Positions 1 through 12,363 of a DNA stretch of 64,000 nt are shown in pieces. The notes under the pieces were generated by a model, which was not told the origin of the DNA, did no database searches, and saw only the letters and a program-made list of their open reading frames with translations. Origin of the DNA: Lama guanicoe (lineage: Eukaryota). Made by a program: the position numbers and the translations under genes. The stretch covers positions 248,001 through 312,000 of the forward strand of contig MU057357.1 of the NCBI GenBank assembly GCA_013239625.1, in the 5' to 3' direction. How positions within the stretch are numbered: the first letter of the stretch is position 1; each line of letters starts with the position of its first letter.

Positions 1-902
1 ACGGGAAAACTAAAATATCCTACCTAATACAGCAGTAGAAAGTAACAATGACAATGCTCGGTTTCTTCGAGTAGTCCCAGAGACAGGAGCGAAGATGAAT
101 GGAGGGGGAGGTGCTATGGGACAAAGGGGACAGAGAGGAGCCAAGCGGAGTGACTGGAAAAGCCTTTTGAAGACCAGAGTTTGCATATTATCATCAACAG
201 ATCCACCTGTCTACCTCAGAGACCCCTCCCTGGGTAACTCAACTCCTATTAAACTTGAGTCCAGAAAGAATTTTTTTTCCAAGTAACAAGAACAGATATG
301 GGAGGAGAAATTTGTGTAGCAGCTGATAAGATCCAAACAGAATCTGGAGCGATGACTGTCCAGTCTATCTGACTGTCCTCCTGCAAATGTCCCTCCTGCA
401 GACTTGGGGAGGGAGTCGAGGGAGAAACACGAAGTGAGGGGACCCTGGGGGAGACGCAGAAGCAGCCAGGGTGGAGCGGGCAGGCAGGGTGGACTCCACC
501 CTGTTCTCCTCTTTCCTCGGAATGAGCTGGACCCGGGGCTGACAGCAAAGCTATAAGAATGACCTTGGAAATTCCCTAGGATCAGTCATTAAGGTGTGAT
601 GCAATGTTTCCAAAGAGGCACATTTATAAGGCACATTTATAGCTATTTTAGGCATTCCCAGACACACCCAGACGAATAAATCCCAGGCCGATGACAGAAG
701 TGAATAGAGTATCGACCTGACTTGGGTTCCTCAAGGCCTATAGCTGCCCAGGTGGCTTATGCATCCCTGTTTTATCAGTGTTTCGAAATTCTCCCAGAAC
801 AATAATCATGTTTCCTTAATTAAGAAAAAATTAATTAGGAAAAAATTGAATCTAATCAAATAAGTAAAAGACAAAACAGCCTAAGGGAAGTTAAGCCTTT
901 AG

Positions 903-1100
903 AGCAGAGTCACAAACTTTTCCTATCAAGGGACAGGTAGCAAATTGGTTGGGCTTTGTGGCCACCGACTGTCTCTGCTGCGTATTTCCATTCTTTCTTA
1001 TTTTTACAACCCTTCAACAGTGTAAGAACTTGTGAGCTCGGGGAGACTACAAAACCAGGCCGAGGACAGGTTTGGCCTGGGGCCATAGTTTGCTGTCCCT
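903..1100. mobile_element. MER58-like hAT (Charlie) MITE
   Basis: Termini 'agcagagtcacaaacttttcctatcaagggacagg...' and '...ggccatagtttgctgtccct' resemble the MER58 ends; a related copy lies at 17414-17608. Confidence 0.65.
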
Positions 1101-1606
1101 TTCTTTAGAGTAAGAAGAAATGGTGACAACAGTACCAGCTCACACTTTTTGATGCCCTGGGAGGAGGCATCAGATGGAGAGGCTGAGGTTCCGAGATGTC
1201 AGTTAACTGTCCCAAGTTCCATAGCCAGGAAGGGCAGACCCCAGATTCCAACTTCATCTCTGTGCCGGCCAGTACCTTACAAGGCTCCTCTCTCCATGCT
1301 GAGGAGAGAGGCAGACCTTCAAAGATGATCCTATGGAACTCTCGACCGCCACAAGTACAGGCAAAAGTTTCACATGTGAGCAACCATCCAAACAAAGGTC
1401 TCCTGAGAGCTCAGAGGGAGGCACTCAGAATCCCCCTCTTCTCATGTGGGTCTGTCATGCTTTGCTCCATCTTTGCAAAGTCAGTCAGAACTATTTGCAC
1501 TGCCTATAGAATCCTCCTAGAGATGGCTGTAAGTAAGGAGTGGGGATGGGGAGGGGCACAATGTTTATCCTGTTTCTGCTCTATGCCAGATACTGTTGTG
1601 TGTGTG

Positions 1607-1676
1607 GGTCTACACAGTGAATGCAGGGTCTACACTGAGTGCAGGATCTAATGTGAGTGCAGAGTCTACAGCTGTG
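1607..1676 (+). repeat. Degenerate ~18-bp minisatellite, ~4 units (g(g/a)tctacac..tga(a/g)tgca)
   Basis: Units read directly: ggtctacacagtgaatgca / gggtctacactgagtgca / ggatctaatgtgagtgca / gagtctacagctgtg. Confidence 0.7.
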
Positions 1677-1689
1677 AAGGGTTTTCTAT

Positions 1690-2177
1690 TGTTATTGAGT
1701 CCAAGTTTGTACTGCTTGCCTCATGACAGGCCAAAAAATCAAGGGACGAGTTGTTGGGATAATGAAGAGCAACTTTACTAAGAAAGCCAGCAGACTGAGA
1801 GGATGGTGGACTAGTGTCCCAAAGAATCATCTTGCCCAAGTTAGAATTCAGGCTTCTTTTATACTAAAAGGGGAGGGAGTAAAGTCAAACATCTCCTGTT
1901 TCCAGTCAGCCTCCGGAGGAGCTGTGTTAATTTCTTCCTTCCTGCAGTCATTCACAGGTGGGCTGGTCAGGATGTTTCCTGTGAGCTAAGCCAGGGTATT
2001 TTAGCTTAATGCTCATTACCTGGGAGGCACGGCTCCCAGAGATGGGCCATTATGTATAGTTCAAGCTTATAGACAGCATCCCTTTAGTGATTAACTTGTA
2101 GCAAAAGCAACAGATACAAAGGTTAAAGTAAAAGAAGCAGATCCAATATGGAGTCAGGTTTGGTCTCTCCTGTTACA
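1690..2177 (-). mobile_element. Solo ERV LTR (ERV1-like)
   Basis: TG...CA termini (tgttattgag...ctgttaca), 4-bp near-TSD ctat/ctac, 488 bp, and an AGTAAA polyA-like motif on the minus strand near 1775. Confidence 0.7.
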
Positions 2178-4010
2178 CTACCCCAGCAGTTATGGTGGTG
2201 GGAGACAGAGGCTACACAGGGAAACAAACACAGTCATTTCAGCTACTAATAAGTGCTGAGAGAAGGGGGTCCTGTGGGCAAGACTTGCCAGGTTGGGAGT
2301 GGACAGAGACTTCTAGAAAGAGCTGATCTGAATGAGGAGAAAGAGCAGTTTTGAAGTTAACAGAAGGAACATCTCTGTGGGTTGGTCACGTTCACCCACA
2401 CCCCTGCGTCCTCCCCCTGCACACAGGGGCTAGAAGCCTGGGAACTATACTTCCAGGACACCCACCCCTGCATTCTCTATGCAGTGCACGGTCTGCCCAG
2501 GGACTGGGCAGTGGTGTCAGAGGAGGCAGACAGGCCAGCATTCTTCCTCTAATGAGGCAGGAGTCTATAAGGGCTTTTGCAAAAGCGGGTGTGGTGTCAC
2601 ACATGCTGGAGCTCCGTTTCCCTGTGGTCACCGCCCCCTCCTTCGCAGCTGTGCCCATCAGCAGTGGTTCCCTGATCTCCCTGGTTCTCTGATGCTCCGA
2701 TGTGGCTGCGAAGCTAAGAGCCACCATCGCCTTCCCGCCCTTGGATCAGATGCGTCAGATCCTCTGAGTGACATCCTTCTCTCCTTCAAACACAAATGCT
2801 GAACTCCAACTGTCTCTCCCTCAAACAATGTTCCCAATTCAGTTCCAGCTGATACACACAGTGAGTACGAAATCCTGCTGGGGGAGCACATGTATTGGAG
2901 AGAGAAAGAGGCTGGCGGGGCTGGAGCAGAGAGAAATGGTGCAGGAGCGGGGAAATTGAAGCCAGAGGTAACCCACTCACCCCTGGAAGGGCCTCATGAG
3001 GCACCCTAAGAAGGCTGGATTTTATTCCAGAAGCTCTGGAAAGGCACTGGGTGGTTGAAGTGAGGGAGGGAGTAATACAGGAAAAGGGAGAAATGGGTAA
3101 GAAAGGATTGAAGAAACAGAACTAAGGAAGTGTAAATAAATAAAATAATGGAACAGAATATGTTCTGAAGAAGAAACAAAATGGCTAAAAGGTAATTTAG
3201 TAACTTTGTCAACACCTGAAGTGCTCTTTGATTTCTTACATTTGCAAGATGTTTTCCATCTATTTTTAGGACAGAGGAGAACCAGCCTCAGGCTACAGAA
3301 GCATTCAGGTTAGTTACATGGGGAAAAAAATCTCCCACTGCAGGGCGAGGTTGAATGACCTCTTTTCTTGAGAATCTATAAAAATAGGATAGACAACCGG
3401 TAATTTTTAGCTGGACAAAATCTAATTTGAAGACAGTGTCACGTGTCCCTAATATTTGGATCCACACGATTGTGGATAATTTGGTGTCATGTTTATACTC
3501 ACTCCAGGGAAATCTGGCCCTGATTCTAACACTGCATGTTGATTACACAATGTGTGTTCAGAGAGGCTGGTCCCCAGCCTTCCATAAAATACAGTCTTCC
3601 TGTTACGGAAACACAGTCAGCAAAATGCCTTCTAACATCATCGTGAGTGTGTTATAAACTTCGTCACCAATGATAAGAAATCACCAGTCATCGCGTACTG
3701 AACATGTGATAGGTCTGTGGCAGGAAACTGGGGAAAGGGGTAAGGGTCCTATTGGCAGGCAAAGATAAAGGGAACGGGCAGTCACAGTCGGAAACAGCTG
3801 CTCAGCTGTCCCTCTGACGCAGGCACTCAGACAAGGTCAAGGTTTCAGCCGCAAGTGATCACCGTGGTGTCACAGGTTAAGGGATCTTTCCATGTGTACT
3901 ATGTGCATTTATCGCATTTTCTAAAAGCCACATCATAGCACATATTATGGATATGATTTAATTTGAAATTACAAAACCAACCCACATTTCTACTTTGCTT
4001 TTACTTTTCC

Positions 4011-4174
4011 TTCTTTCTTTTTTTTTTTTTTTTTGTTTTGGGGGGAGGTAACTAGGTCTATTTATTTATTATTAGTTGTTTTTTTTTTTTTAATGGAGCT
4101 ACTGGGGATCTTACCCAGGACCTCGTGCATGCTAAGCACACATGCTACCACTGAGCAACACCCTCCTCCCTCCC
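4011..4174 (-). mobile_element. Camelid tRNA-derived SINE (Vic-1-like), long-tail form
   Basis: Poly-T tail, then 'ggggatcttacccaggacctcgtgcatgctaagcacacatgctaccactgagc' (reverse-complement A/B boxes). 17-bp TSD tttgcttttacttttcc (3994-4010) / tttgcctttatttttcc (4177-4193). Confidence 0.85.
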
Positions 4175-4670
4175 AATTTGCCTTTATTTTTCCATTGAAC
4201 TTGGAACTTTCTAATGTACTTAGTATTTATCCATGGTATTTATTTTCTGTTTCCTCCCATGAGCATGGAAACGTCAGGGGTGCAAGGATTTGCATTGGGT
4301 TTATTCACTGATACATCTCATGTGCTTAGAGCTATCACACGGTAGATTCTCAAGTAAGTACTTGCTGAATGAATTGAGTTAAACAATGGACTTTATGTCA
4401 ACTAGTTCCCACCAATGACTTACACGTTTTCATGACTCAAAAGAATACTACAAACATCATCATATGTGCTTCTACATACACACAATGCAAACAGTCAAAT
4501 CCTCTGCATCCAACCTGCGCTAGATTAGAAACTGTATGGAAAAATCACCTCCAGGAGCAAGACAATTTGCTGTTATTTTGCTCGTGATTATTTATTGCAG
4601 ATACACAATAAATGACTCTATTATCTATTGCTACTCAGATCTTTTCCTGGAGGTTGAAAAAAATTTGTAT

Positions 4671-5040
4671 TATTTATTTATTTTTATTGAAATATAGTCA
4701 GTTTACAATTTTGAGTCAATTTCTGGTGCCCAGCATAATGTTTCACTCATACATATATTCATTTTTATATTCTTTTCCATTATAGTTACTACAAGATATT
4801 GAATATAGCTCCCTTTGCTAGACAGTAGGACCTTTTGTTCATCTGTTTTATATGTAGTAGTTAGTATCTGCTAAACTTGAACTCCCAATTTATCTCTTCC
4901 CACTCCCTTCCCCCCCCACCAGTAACCATAAGTTTGTTTCCTATGTCTGAGAGTCTGTTTTTGTTTTGTAAATAAGTTCATTTGTTTTTTGTTATTTGTT
5001 TTTTTCAGATTCCACATGTTAAGTGATATCCTATGGTATA
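4671..5040 (-). mobile_element. L1 3' end fragment
   Basis: T-rich tail then typical L1 3'UTR ('gtaaccataagtttgttt', 'cagattccacatg'); homologous in inverse orientation to 11560-11890. Confidence 0.8.
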
Positions 5041-6484
5041 TGTTCTGCCAGAGCGAAGGCACAAGACTCCCAAAGAGCCACGGGTTTCTTCCTGCTTTCC
5101 CTTTCATTCCAGTCCAGGTGTGTATTCCTCTTTCCTCCTGAATAAGAAGGTGGAGAAAGCAACCTCTTGTCGGCTTCCTTTTCGTGGCTCCACACCTATG
5201 GGCAGAGCTGAGCATTTTGGGAAGCTGAATGCTAAGTTTCATGAACATGGACTAAAATCAGGATCCCCCTAAATTAACAGTGTTTACTTCTCAGTGAGTG
5301 ATGTTCTCACACAATGAAACGTGGAATGTGAGAGAGGATCAGGGGAATGACCACCACATCATAGCAACAGAAGACGTGAAGAACTGATTGGTGAGAAAGA
5401 CACATGGAGCCGAGGGACCTGCGTATGCTAAATGTCTGGAGGGAGCCACTTCACACCACCAGCGCATTTTCCGAATACATCATGACTTCCTCCCAATGTC
5501 ACCGTCCAGCACACTTCCTGAAGGGCATTTTGTCCAATAGAAACCCACAAACAAGCAGAAGGAATGACTGGATATTCCATTTTAAAGAATGCACTCTCTT
5601 TTTTCTTAATATTTTTCTGTCTCAGGTGATTTAGGGAAGCCCAGTAACCAGCCCCAACTTCACTAAAAGGGAGGCAACTCTGTATGAAAGCAAACTGTGA
5701 AGTGGACCTCTCCAAACCCTACCTCCCACCCTTCAACTGAAGGGGAATAGCATCTTTGGGTTTCCCTCCCAGAAGATGTGGTTTTGAGCATCCTCACCGG
5801 CATCCCTGCAGGAAGAACAGCTCACCTGTTCCCTGGACTCGTGGACTTCCTCCTCCCCCCACACCTGACCTTTCAGAGCTACCAGTCACCCACAGGATGA
5901 ATGCAAATCAAGAGTGGCTTTCAGGCCTCTTTGGACTATGGCCCCTGCCTCCCTGACTGGTCTCCCAGTTCCTCCCTGCTCCCGACAGTCCAGTCATACA
6001 CACCCTGGCTGTCCTGAGCACGCCCTGCTCTGAGCTGGTGTGCCTGTTTTGTACCTCAGCTCGGATGCCCTCCACTTTTGTTTGCATGCTGCACAGCCGT
6101 GACCTTCGCAGTGCTGCGATTTGAAGCCTGCGAACTATCGGTCTCAATATTAAAAAGCGATAAATCACGTTCACAGACTGTTACCATGTGCTCTATCCAA
6201 ATATACTTTCATAAAAACCATATGAAAAAATATGTATACCTCTGTGACTTTCGGCAAAATATCAAAGACAACAGAATTTAATTACCGTTGCATTATGTCT
6301 GGGTATCCTGTCGATGGGTCACGATGTTTGGATGAGTAGTAAAACAGAGATACACACACTACACAAATTACTGTATGTTTTTTCCAGAATGCTGTTCCTT
6401 ACCCTCATTTCATCAAATTATTAAATATTTGTAAGAATAAAGATTAAAAAAATAATTTGTAGTCTATCGACAATATTGATCAAC

Positions 6485-6576
6485 TTTTTTTTTTAATAGA
6501 AGTACTTGGGATTGAACCCAGGACCTCATGCATGTTAAGCACATGCTCTACTACTGAGCTATTACGCCCCCACCCC
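6485..6576 (-). mobile_element. Vic-1-like SINE, short-tail form
   Basis: 'gggattgaacccaggacctcatgcatgttaagcacatgctctactactgagct' preceded by poly-T. Confidence 0.85.
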
Positions 6577-8441
6577 GACTGTAATGATCTGAAGGATTAA
6601 AAATGAAATGCAATAATATTCAAACTGTGAAGAATTTGATTATATTCTCATCAGAAGAACAAAATAAAGAAAATGTAAAAGTTTAAAAGTTTAAAGTATT
6701 TTTTCACATGCTTAAAACTTTCTCGGAAAAAAAATCTTCAAAATTACCTACAGAATTAAAAGTCAAAATCAAATTATAAGAAATGAGCATTTTAAATTAG
6801 AATTATTTAAATAAAGCTAAAATACTTACCGACTTTTAAAAATACGTAATTAAGGTTTAGCAAATACATTTTGAGAGTAGAAGTATTCACAAGTCTAACG
6901 TTTAATGTTTATTTAGTGCCCGTGTAATGAATCAACAGCCCATTTCATGAATGGTATGTCTAGAGCAACATGTATACAAATGTTGGAAGAATATATATTG
7001 TTTAATGTTGCAAACACTGTTCAGCCACCTAGTGCAAATAAACATTGTGGGCACCGCTGGAGCATGGGAGTGCCTCCAGAACAAGGAGTCAGAACTCAAG
7101 GAGAAGCAAGGAAATGGATGCTTGCCATTCCTCATGGAAATGATACATTATTATACAGGAACATTTTGAGGAAGGATTTGCCAAGTCATTCTGTCTTTTC
7201 TCTTGCCTAAGTGTCTCCATCAAACATATCCTCCTCCACACTCTCTGAAGTAATCAGCCCACAAACCTCCACAGCAGTCGGAAGCCGGGAGCCCCTGTTC
7301 CCAGGACCCAGGGCAAGAGCTGTGGCCACCATTTCCCCGGCCTGAGCCGCCTGAGTCACCTCACAGCAGCGGGTGCTTAGGGTTACAGCTGAGCTCTGGA
7401 TCCTGGCAGAGGGGCCCTTGAGTTCTTTAACAGATTTGTTTCCATTTGCTGTGGTACCCGGGACCCTAACGTGCAGGGCCCTGGGCCTCTGCTCCGATCT
7501 GAGGATGCTGCTGGGCACCTGGAAACCTCTGATTGTGACTTGTTTGTATGTAAGCGCTCACTTCAGTGCAGCCTCCCTGAGGGCCTGCAGTTTAAAACCA
7601 AGATTGACTTGTACTTCACTCCCTATTGTATTTCCAAGGTAACACAGATTTAATTTGCCAACTACAAAATTATATTGAATCTGTTCTTCCGACACACGGT
7701 TTACGTGCCCGGGTGGAAAGCCACCATGCTCGCAGAAAGATGGTGCTTCACGATTCTGGGCTGACAGTCCCAGCGCTGGGCCTGCCTGTGGGACTTCATT
7801 CATGCTGTGGGATCGCACATGGTTTCCGTGCACCAGCTGTGCCAAATCTTGACTCTGTGACTCAAAGTTCTGCAGTTCAGAGAGAGTCCTCTTTTGGCTG
7901 CCTTTTTTTTTCTTTAATTGAAGTACAGTCTTTTGAGTGAATCTCTTCATTTATTTGCAGAATCTAAACACTAACCAGGGACAGCAGGAAGCCTGAAGAA
8001 GGATGGAGAAGCCCCACAGAGTCTTCTTCTCCTTGATTGTGGGATCTGGGAGGTTTGGGAAATGTTCATTTCAAGGCCCCTAATTGGTAGAGATGTCAGC
8101 CTGAGGAGGCATTTCTTTGCGTTGTCTCTTAAAGGATCAAGATGGAAAAGATTAGACGTCATACTTCTACTCGTGTTTACAATTCAGACCATAACTTCAG
8201 AGCCGGACCTGCATTGGTTGTGCAGAAAATGAAGGGGACGGGAAAATATTTCAGACCCTCATAATCCTATTGTAAATATGTCTTTAAAACAAGTAAGTTC
8301 AGAATTGAAATAAGCTATTTTGTGAGGCTAAAGTCCTTGAGGAAGTAAACCAGAGGCGCTGTAAAATTCTGCCAGGGTAAATGAGATAAAAAAACAAAGA
8401 ACTAGTTAGGTGCTTGGGTCAAGACCAAGCCAAACAGAGTC

Positions 8442-8447
8442 TATAAG
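8442..8447 (+). promoter_or_regulatory. TATA box of the SCYGR/KRTAP28-like gene
   Basis: TATAAG about 65 nt upstream of the ancestral start position (8510), as in compact KRTAP promoters. Confidence 0.55.
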
Positions 8448-8509
8448 GGCCCCCCAGCAGAAGGCGGCACCGGACCCCCCTCACCTCCTGAGTCCCCTGT
8501 ACTGACACG

Positions 8510-8697
8510 GTGGGCTGCTGTGGTGGTGGCTGCGGTGGTGGCTGCAATGATGGCTGCAGTGTGACAGCTGCACCATGTGCCAATGCTACCAAGTGGGCTG
8601 CTGCCACCACCGCACCTGCCGCTGCCACTCGTGTGACTGCGGCTGCGGGAAGGGCTGCTGTCAGCAGAGGTGTTGCAAGAGGCAGTGCTGCCACTAG
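8510..8697 (+). pseudogene. SCYGR (small cysteine and glycine repeat-containing / KRTAP28 family) gene remnant with start loss and frameshift
   Basis: One frame from GTG 8510 reads (V)GCCGGGCGGGCNDGC. After a frameshift near 8560 a second frame reads DSCTMCQCYQVGCCHHRTCRCHSCDCGCGKGCCQQRCCKRQCCH* (TAG 8695-8697). This matches the SCYGR motifs SCTTCRCYRVGCC and CGCGKGCCQQKCC. The 188-nt span is not a multiple of 3. It sits beside TM4SF20, as human SCYGR1 does. Confidence 0.85.
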
Positions 8698-9262
8698 GGG
8701 GCGGGCTGCCTGGCCTCTGGGTAGGTGCAATAGGAGGCCAGGCTCAATCCTGGGCTTAGATTTTTAGACATTCTGAACTTTCATTTCTTTTGGTTCATCT
8801 AAATATTCAGCTTGTAATTTAATAGAAAGACGCCTGATTAGAAGTCAGAAGTCTCACATTCAAGTCTATGCTTTGCTAGAGCAGCCTGATCATGAATGAG
8901 TTAGCCTCCCTGAATCTTACTCACCTGTAAAAATAGAAAGTTTGAGCTAAAAACCTCTAGACACTTACTGCTTTAACAGCACATGAATCTATTGAGTTCT
9001 CACAGTGAAATTCACAGGTTCTCTACCGCACAGACCCGTGTATCTACTTTGGCTATAGTGGGCATTAAAATGTGCTTAGGTATCTATAAACAATTCTCAA
9101 TCCAGTCTGATCCATCAATCAAAATCCACACGGCAGCAAAAATACGCCACAGTTCTGAGGGTGCAGAAATCCACACTAATGAGCTCAGTGGAATGAGATA
9201 ATACTTTTAAAGATGTTTCAATCTTGAAATCCTTACTATTCTGTTTGTGGAACTTCTGCACC

Positions 9263-9992
9263 TGTATTCCTGAAATGGAGCAGGACCCTAAGGGGCCTTC
9301 CCAGTACAAACCACCCCCCTTCACGTCCTCTGCCTGCCTCTCGTCTGTAAAAACAAAACTTTTTTTCTCTTTTATTCCTTTAGTCAAAGAATAAGTTTAA
9401 TTAGAGAAATAAGAAAATAAAAGACCGAAAGGGAACAGTCATGCAAAAAGAAATAGTTTAGTCATTAAACAAAGTCAAGGACCTTGAGTTCCTTCTCAAG
9501 GACTATTGATAATATTCTGAGCCATGTCCTTTGAGCCGTTTTATAGCTACTGAAACCCCCACCAGACAGAAGAAGTTAACTAAACGATGATCAGACTGTA
9601 GTCATGACATAAGTGGCCACAATTCCGAGAACTGGCTTCAGAGAAATGGGAACAAACCGACCTTGGAACTGAAGATGAACCGTCCTTGAAGCAACCGAGG
9701 CGATGCAGATCAGACCACCAAATGACTAACTTCAAGATGACTGTCAGAACTGGCTGTGCTGTTCTGCATGTAGTCCCCTCCCTCTGCCTGTGCGCCCCTA
9801 AAACTCCACTTTAAAAGTTCTTACCCATTGATTGGCAGTGAGGGGGGTGGAGTTGGACTTTGGATAGGAGTCTGCAATCCCACTTTCCATTGCCAGCCTC
9901 CAGAATAAAGCAAACTTTCCTTTCTACCGACATGTGCCTCTCTCTGTATTGGCTTTCCAGAGGCAAGCAGCCGGACCTGCATTTCGGTAACA
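9263..9992 (+). mobile_element. Solo ERV LTR
   Basis: TATA-like tttaaaa at ~9810, AATAAA at 9904-9909, and a U5-like end '...catttcggtaaCA' at 9992. The 5' boundary is approximate. Confidence 0.7.
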
Positions 9993-10199
9993 TTCTTATT
10001 TATATTGCTTATATACCGTACAGTTTTCTAATGTTTCCTAATACTCCAAAATATAATTGCTGAATAAGACTCTAGGAAAATGTAGTATTTCACTATCTTG
10101 CTTTGATTTGTTTTTGATGTTGCTTTTGAGGTGGGGTGGGAGTGATGGAGTTGACATTTGGTAACACATTGCAAAGATCAGAAAGGTTATATAGTGAAA

Positions 10200-10650
10200 A
10201 ACAAGGGATACGCTGGATTTATTGGGGTAATGCTAGCTACCATAACAAACTGACACAAAAAATATGATGAGTTAACACAATAGACATTGACGGCTTGTTG
10301 ATGTCAACTATCTTGAGCAGTTCTAGGTGGGGAGGCACTTGGGACCTCTAAACGGTAGAAAGTTAGGTTGATGGAAACTGATATTTTCAACACTTGACTT
10401 CCAGGGTAGTTTGGTTTCTCTCCAAACTATAGATGAAAAAGAAGAAAGCAGATAACGTCCATCACTTTGTAAGCTCCTTAGATTGAAAGGAACATAGCTT
10501 ACTTCTCCTCACTTCCCATTGGTTAAAAGTAGTCACATGGCCCAACCTAGATGCATGGGGAGCTGGGAAATGTAGTCCATGACTAGGCATACACTTCTCA
10601 ACCACTCTACTATGAAAGGTAAAAAAAAAAATGAATGTTGGTGGACCATT
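10200..10650. mobile_element. Old MaLR LTR (MLT1-like)
   Basis: 'cacttcccattggttaaaagtagtcacatggcccaacctagatgcatggggagctgggaaatgtagtc' is characteristic of MLT1 LTRs. Confidence 0.6.
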
Positions 10651-11464
10651 AGCTATGTCTGTGCATGAAGCCCATGATCTAATAAAACCCTCAACTGATT
10701 TATTTGACTGGAGTGTGTTTAGAAAAGGATGTCTGACAGAATGTGAGTGGGCATGCCATACCTGTTCCCGTCCCACGAATTCCTCCTGGGGTAGTTATCC
10801 AGGGTGGTGTGAGGCATATTCAGGACACGGCTGGAGCTACATGAAGATCACATGAACCTTTCATGGGGTGGGCAGAAGATAGTAAGAGCCAGAGAATTTC
10901 AGGAAATGTGGTCTCCAGCATTTAACTACAATCCTTACTGCTTCTAGGTCCATGGTGTGCAGGGGGCTAGGAGGGAAAGCATTGAGTGGGGGGAGAGGAT
11001 AAAACAAGGTGCTTTTTCATTACCTCTTGTCTTCACCAGTGACTGAAATATGACTTGGCTGTGACTCCATTCTCTCCCATATATTAACTCTCTTCTATCC
11101 CCCAGAGAAACACATTTTTCTAACACTCCTGAGATGTGTTCTCACTTGAACTAAGCAGGTAATTTTGACTTGTTTTTAAAAGTAACATGTCATTCTAGAC
11201 ATGTAAGTATATCTAGAGAGTCTAGACTTCTAAGACATGGAAGAAGCACAAACATGATTCATATCATTTAAAATGATACATAGAAATGATAATCCCAGAT
11301 ACTCTAGAGAAAGTTTTTTTTTTCTCTCATACAATTTAAACGAAATCACCGTGGTGAACTGTCTTGCTCAATATCCATTTCAATGTCATTCTCCTATGCC
11401 TTTCTGGACTGTAGAGGCTGGAATGATTTAAAACTACATTTTTCAGAACTTTTATAGATTACAC

Positions 11465-11557
11465 TTTCTTTTCCCCTTAATGGAGGCACTGGGGATTGAA
11501 CCCAGGACCTCGTGCATGCGAAGCACATGCTCTACCACTGAGTTACATCCCCCCCAT
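11465..11557 (-). mobile_element. Vic-1-like SINE
   Basis: 'tggaggcactggggattgaacccaggacctcgtgcatgcgaagcacatgctctaccactgagttacatcccc'. Confidence 0.85.
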
Positions 11558-11559
11558 CC

Positions 11560-11890
11560 GTATGATATTATTTATATGTGGAATCTTATTTGCATAACAG
11601 AGCCAGACTCTCAGACATAGAAAACAAACTTATGGTTACCAGAAGGGAAAGGGAGTGGGACGGATAAATTGGGAGTTCAGGATTTGCAGATACTAACTAC
11701 CATATATAAAATAGATAAACAACAAGGTCCTACTGTGTAACACAGGGAACTATATTCAATACTCTGTAATAGCTTATAATGAAAAAGAATATGAAAAGGA
11801 ATATATATATGTATATATAAATGAGTGACTTTGCTGTACACCAGAAATTAACACAACATGGTAAATAGAATATAATTCAATTTAGAAGAA
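11560..11890 (+). mobile_element. L1 3' end fragment
   Basis: 'gaaaacaaacttatggttaccagaaggg...aacaacaaggtcctactgtgtaacacagggaactatattcaat' is L1 3'UTR. Confidence 0.8.
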
Positions 11891-12256
11891 TTAAAAGACT
11901 ACATTTCCCAGAGTGCTCTGCATCTAAGGTCTGGATATTGCAGCAATTAGATCATCCTGCGCGAAGGTGAAGTGGAGGCCATCTTTCTGCTACTTCTGTC
12001 CGCGGCTGTGAAGGAAGGTTGGAGGTGGTGGTGTTGAGTCTTCTGCACTGCATCAATGTTCCCGGGTCCAGATATTAGTTTCATTGAGGTTAAGAAGCAG
12101 TTGCAGTGGCAGCAGACGTCACATTCAGGGTTCCAGGGTCCTGTCACTGATCTTGAGGGTTTGGAGGAGCAGTGGCGGCAGCAGTAACCATGGCTTCCTA
12201 GACTTGTAGCTGTCTTGGTGTATGCTTGAACTTGACCAATCCAGAGGTGGCTTCTT

Positions 12257-12363
12257 TTTTTTTTTTTAAACACCTTTATTGTGGTATGATTCCTGTATAG
12301 TACACTACACATATTTCAGATGTACAGTGTGATGAACTCTGACAGATGTGTACACCCATGAAA
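12257..12363 (-). mobile_element. Short L1M 3' fragment with TSD
   Basis: Poly-T plus L1M 3' end, flanked by a 16-bp TSD ccagaggtggcttctt (12241-12256) / ccagagatggcttctt (12364-12379). Confidence 0.7.

Noticed and set aside
1607-1676. Short repeated units superficially resembling a CRISPR array
   Set aside because: Eukaryotic DNA, head-to-tail degenerate units with no unique spacers, and no cas genes; a minisatellite.
2351-2802. Overlapping ~110-aa ORFs, and a 14-mer (gagtctataagggc, 2561-2574) identical to the SCYGR TATA region
   Set aside because: No Cys/Gly KAP-like coding follows and no homology is recognised; some 14-mer matches are expected by chance in 64 kb.
4100-4165. tRNA-like sequences (also ~6510, ~11490, ~46790)
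   Set aside because: They are SINE heads with A-rich tails and TSDs, not tRNA genes.
4871-5248. 125-aa minus-strand ORF and other 60-150 aa ORFs across intergenic and intronic DNA
   Set aside because: They overlap L1/LTR/SINE remnants or random sequence and lack splice or homology support.
8510-8767. 85-aa ORF from the ORF track (MGCCGGG...AAPCANATKWAAA...)
   Set aside because: It starts at GTG and goes out of frame after ~17 codons; the Ala-rich tail is the shifted reading of Cys codons.
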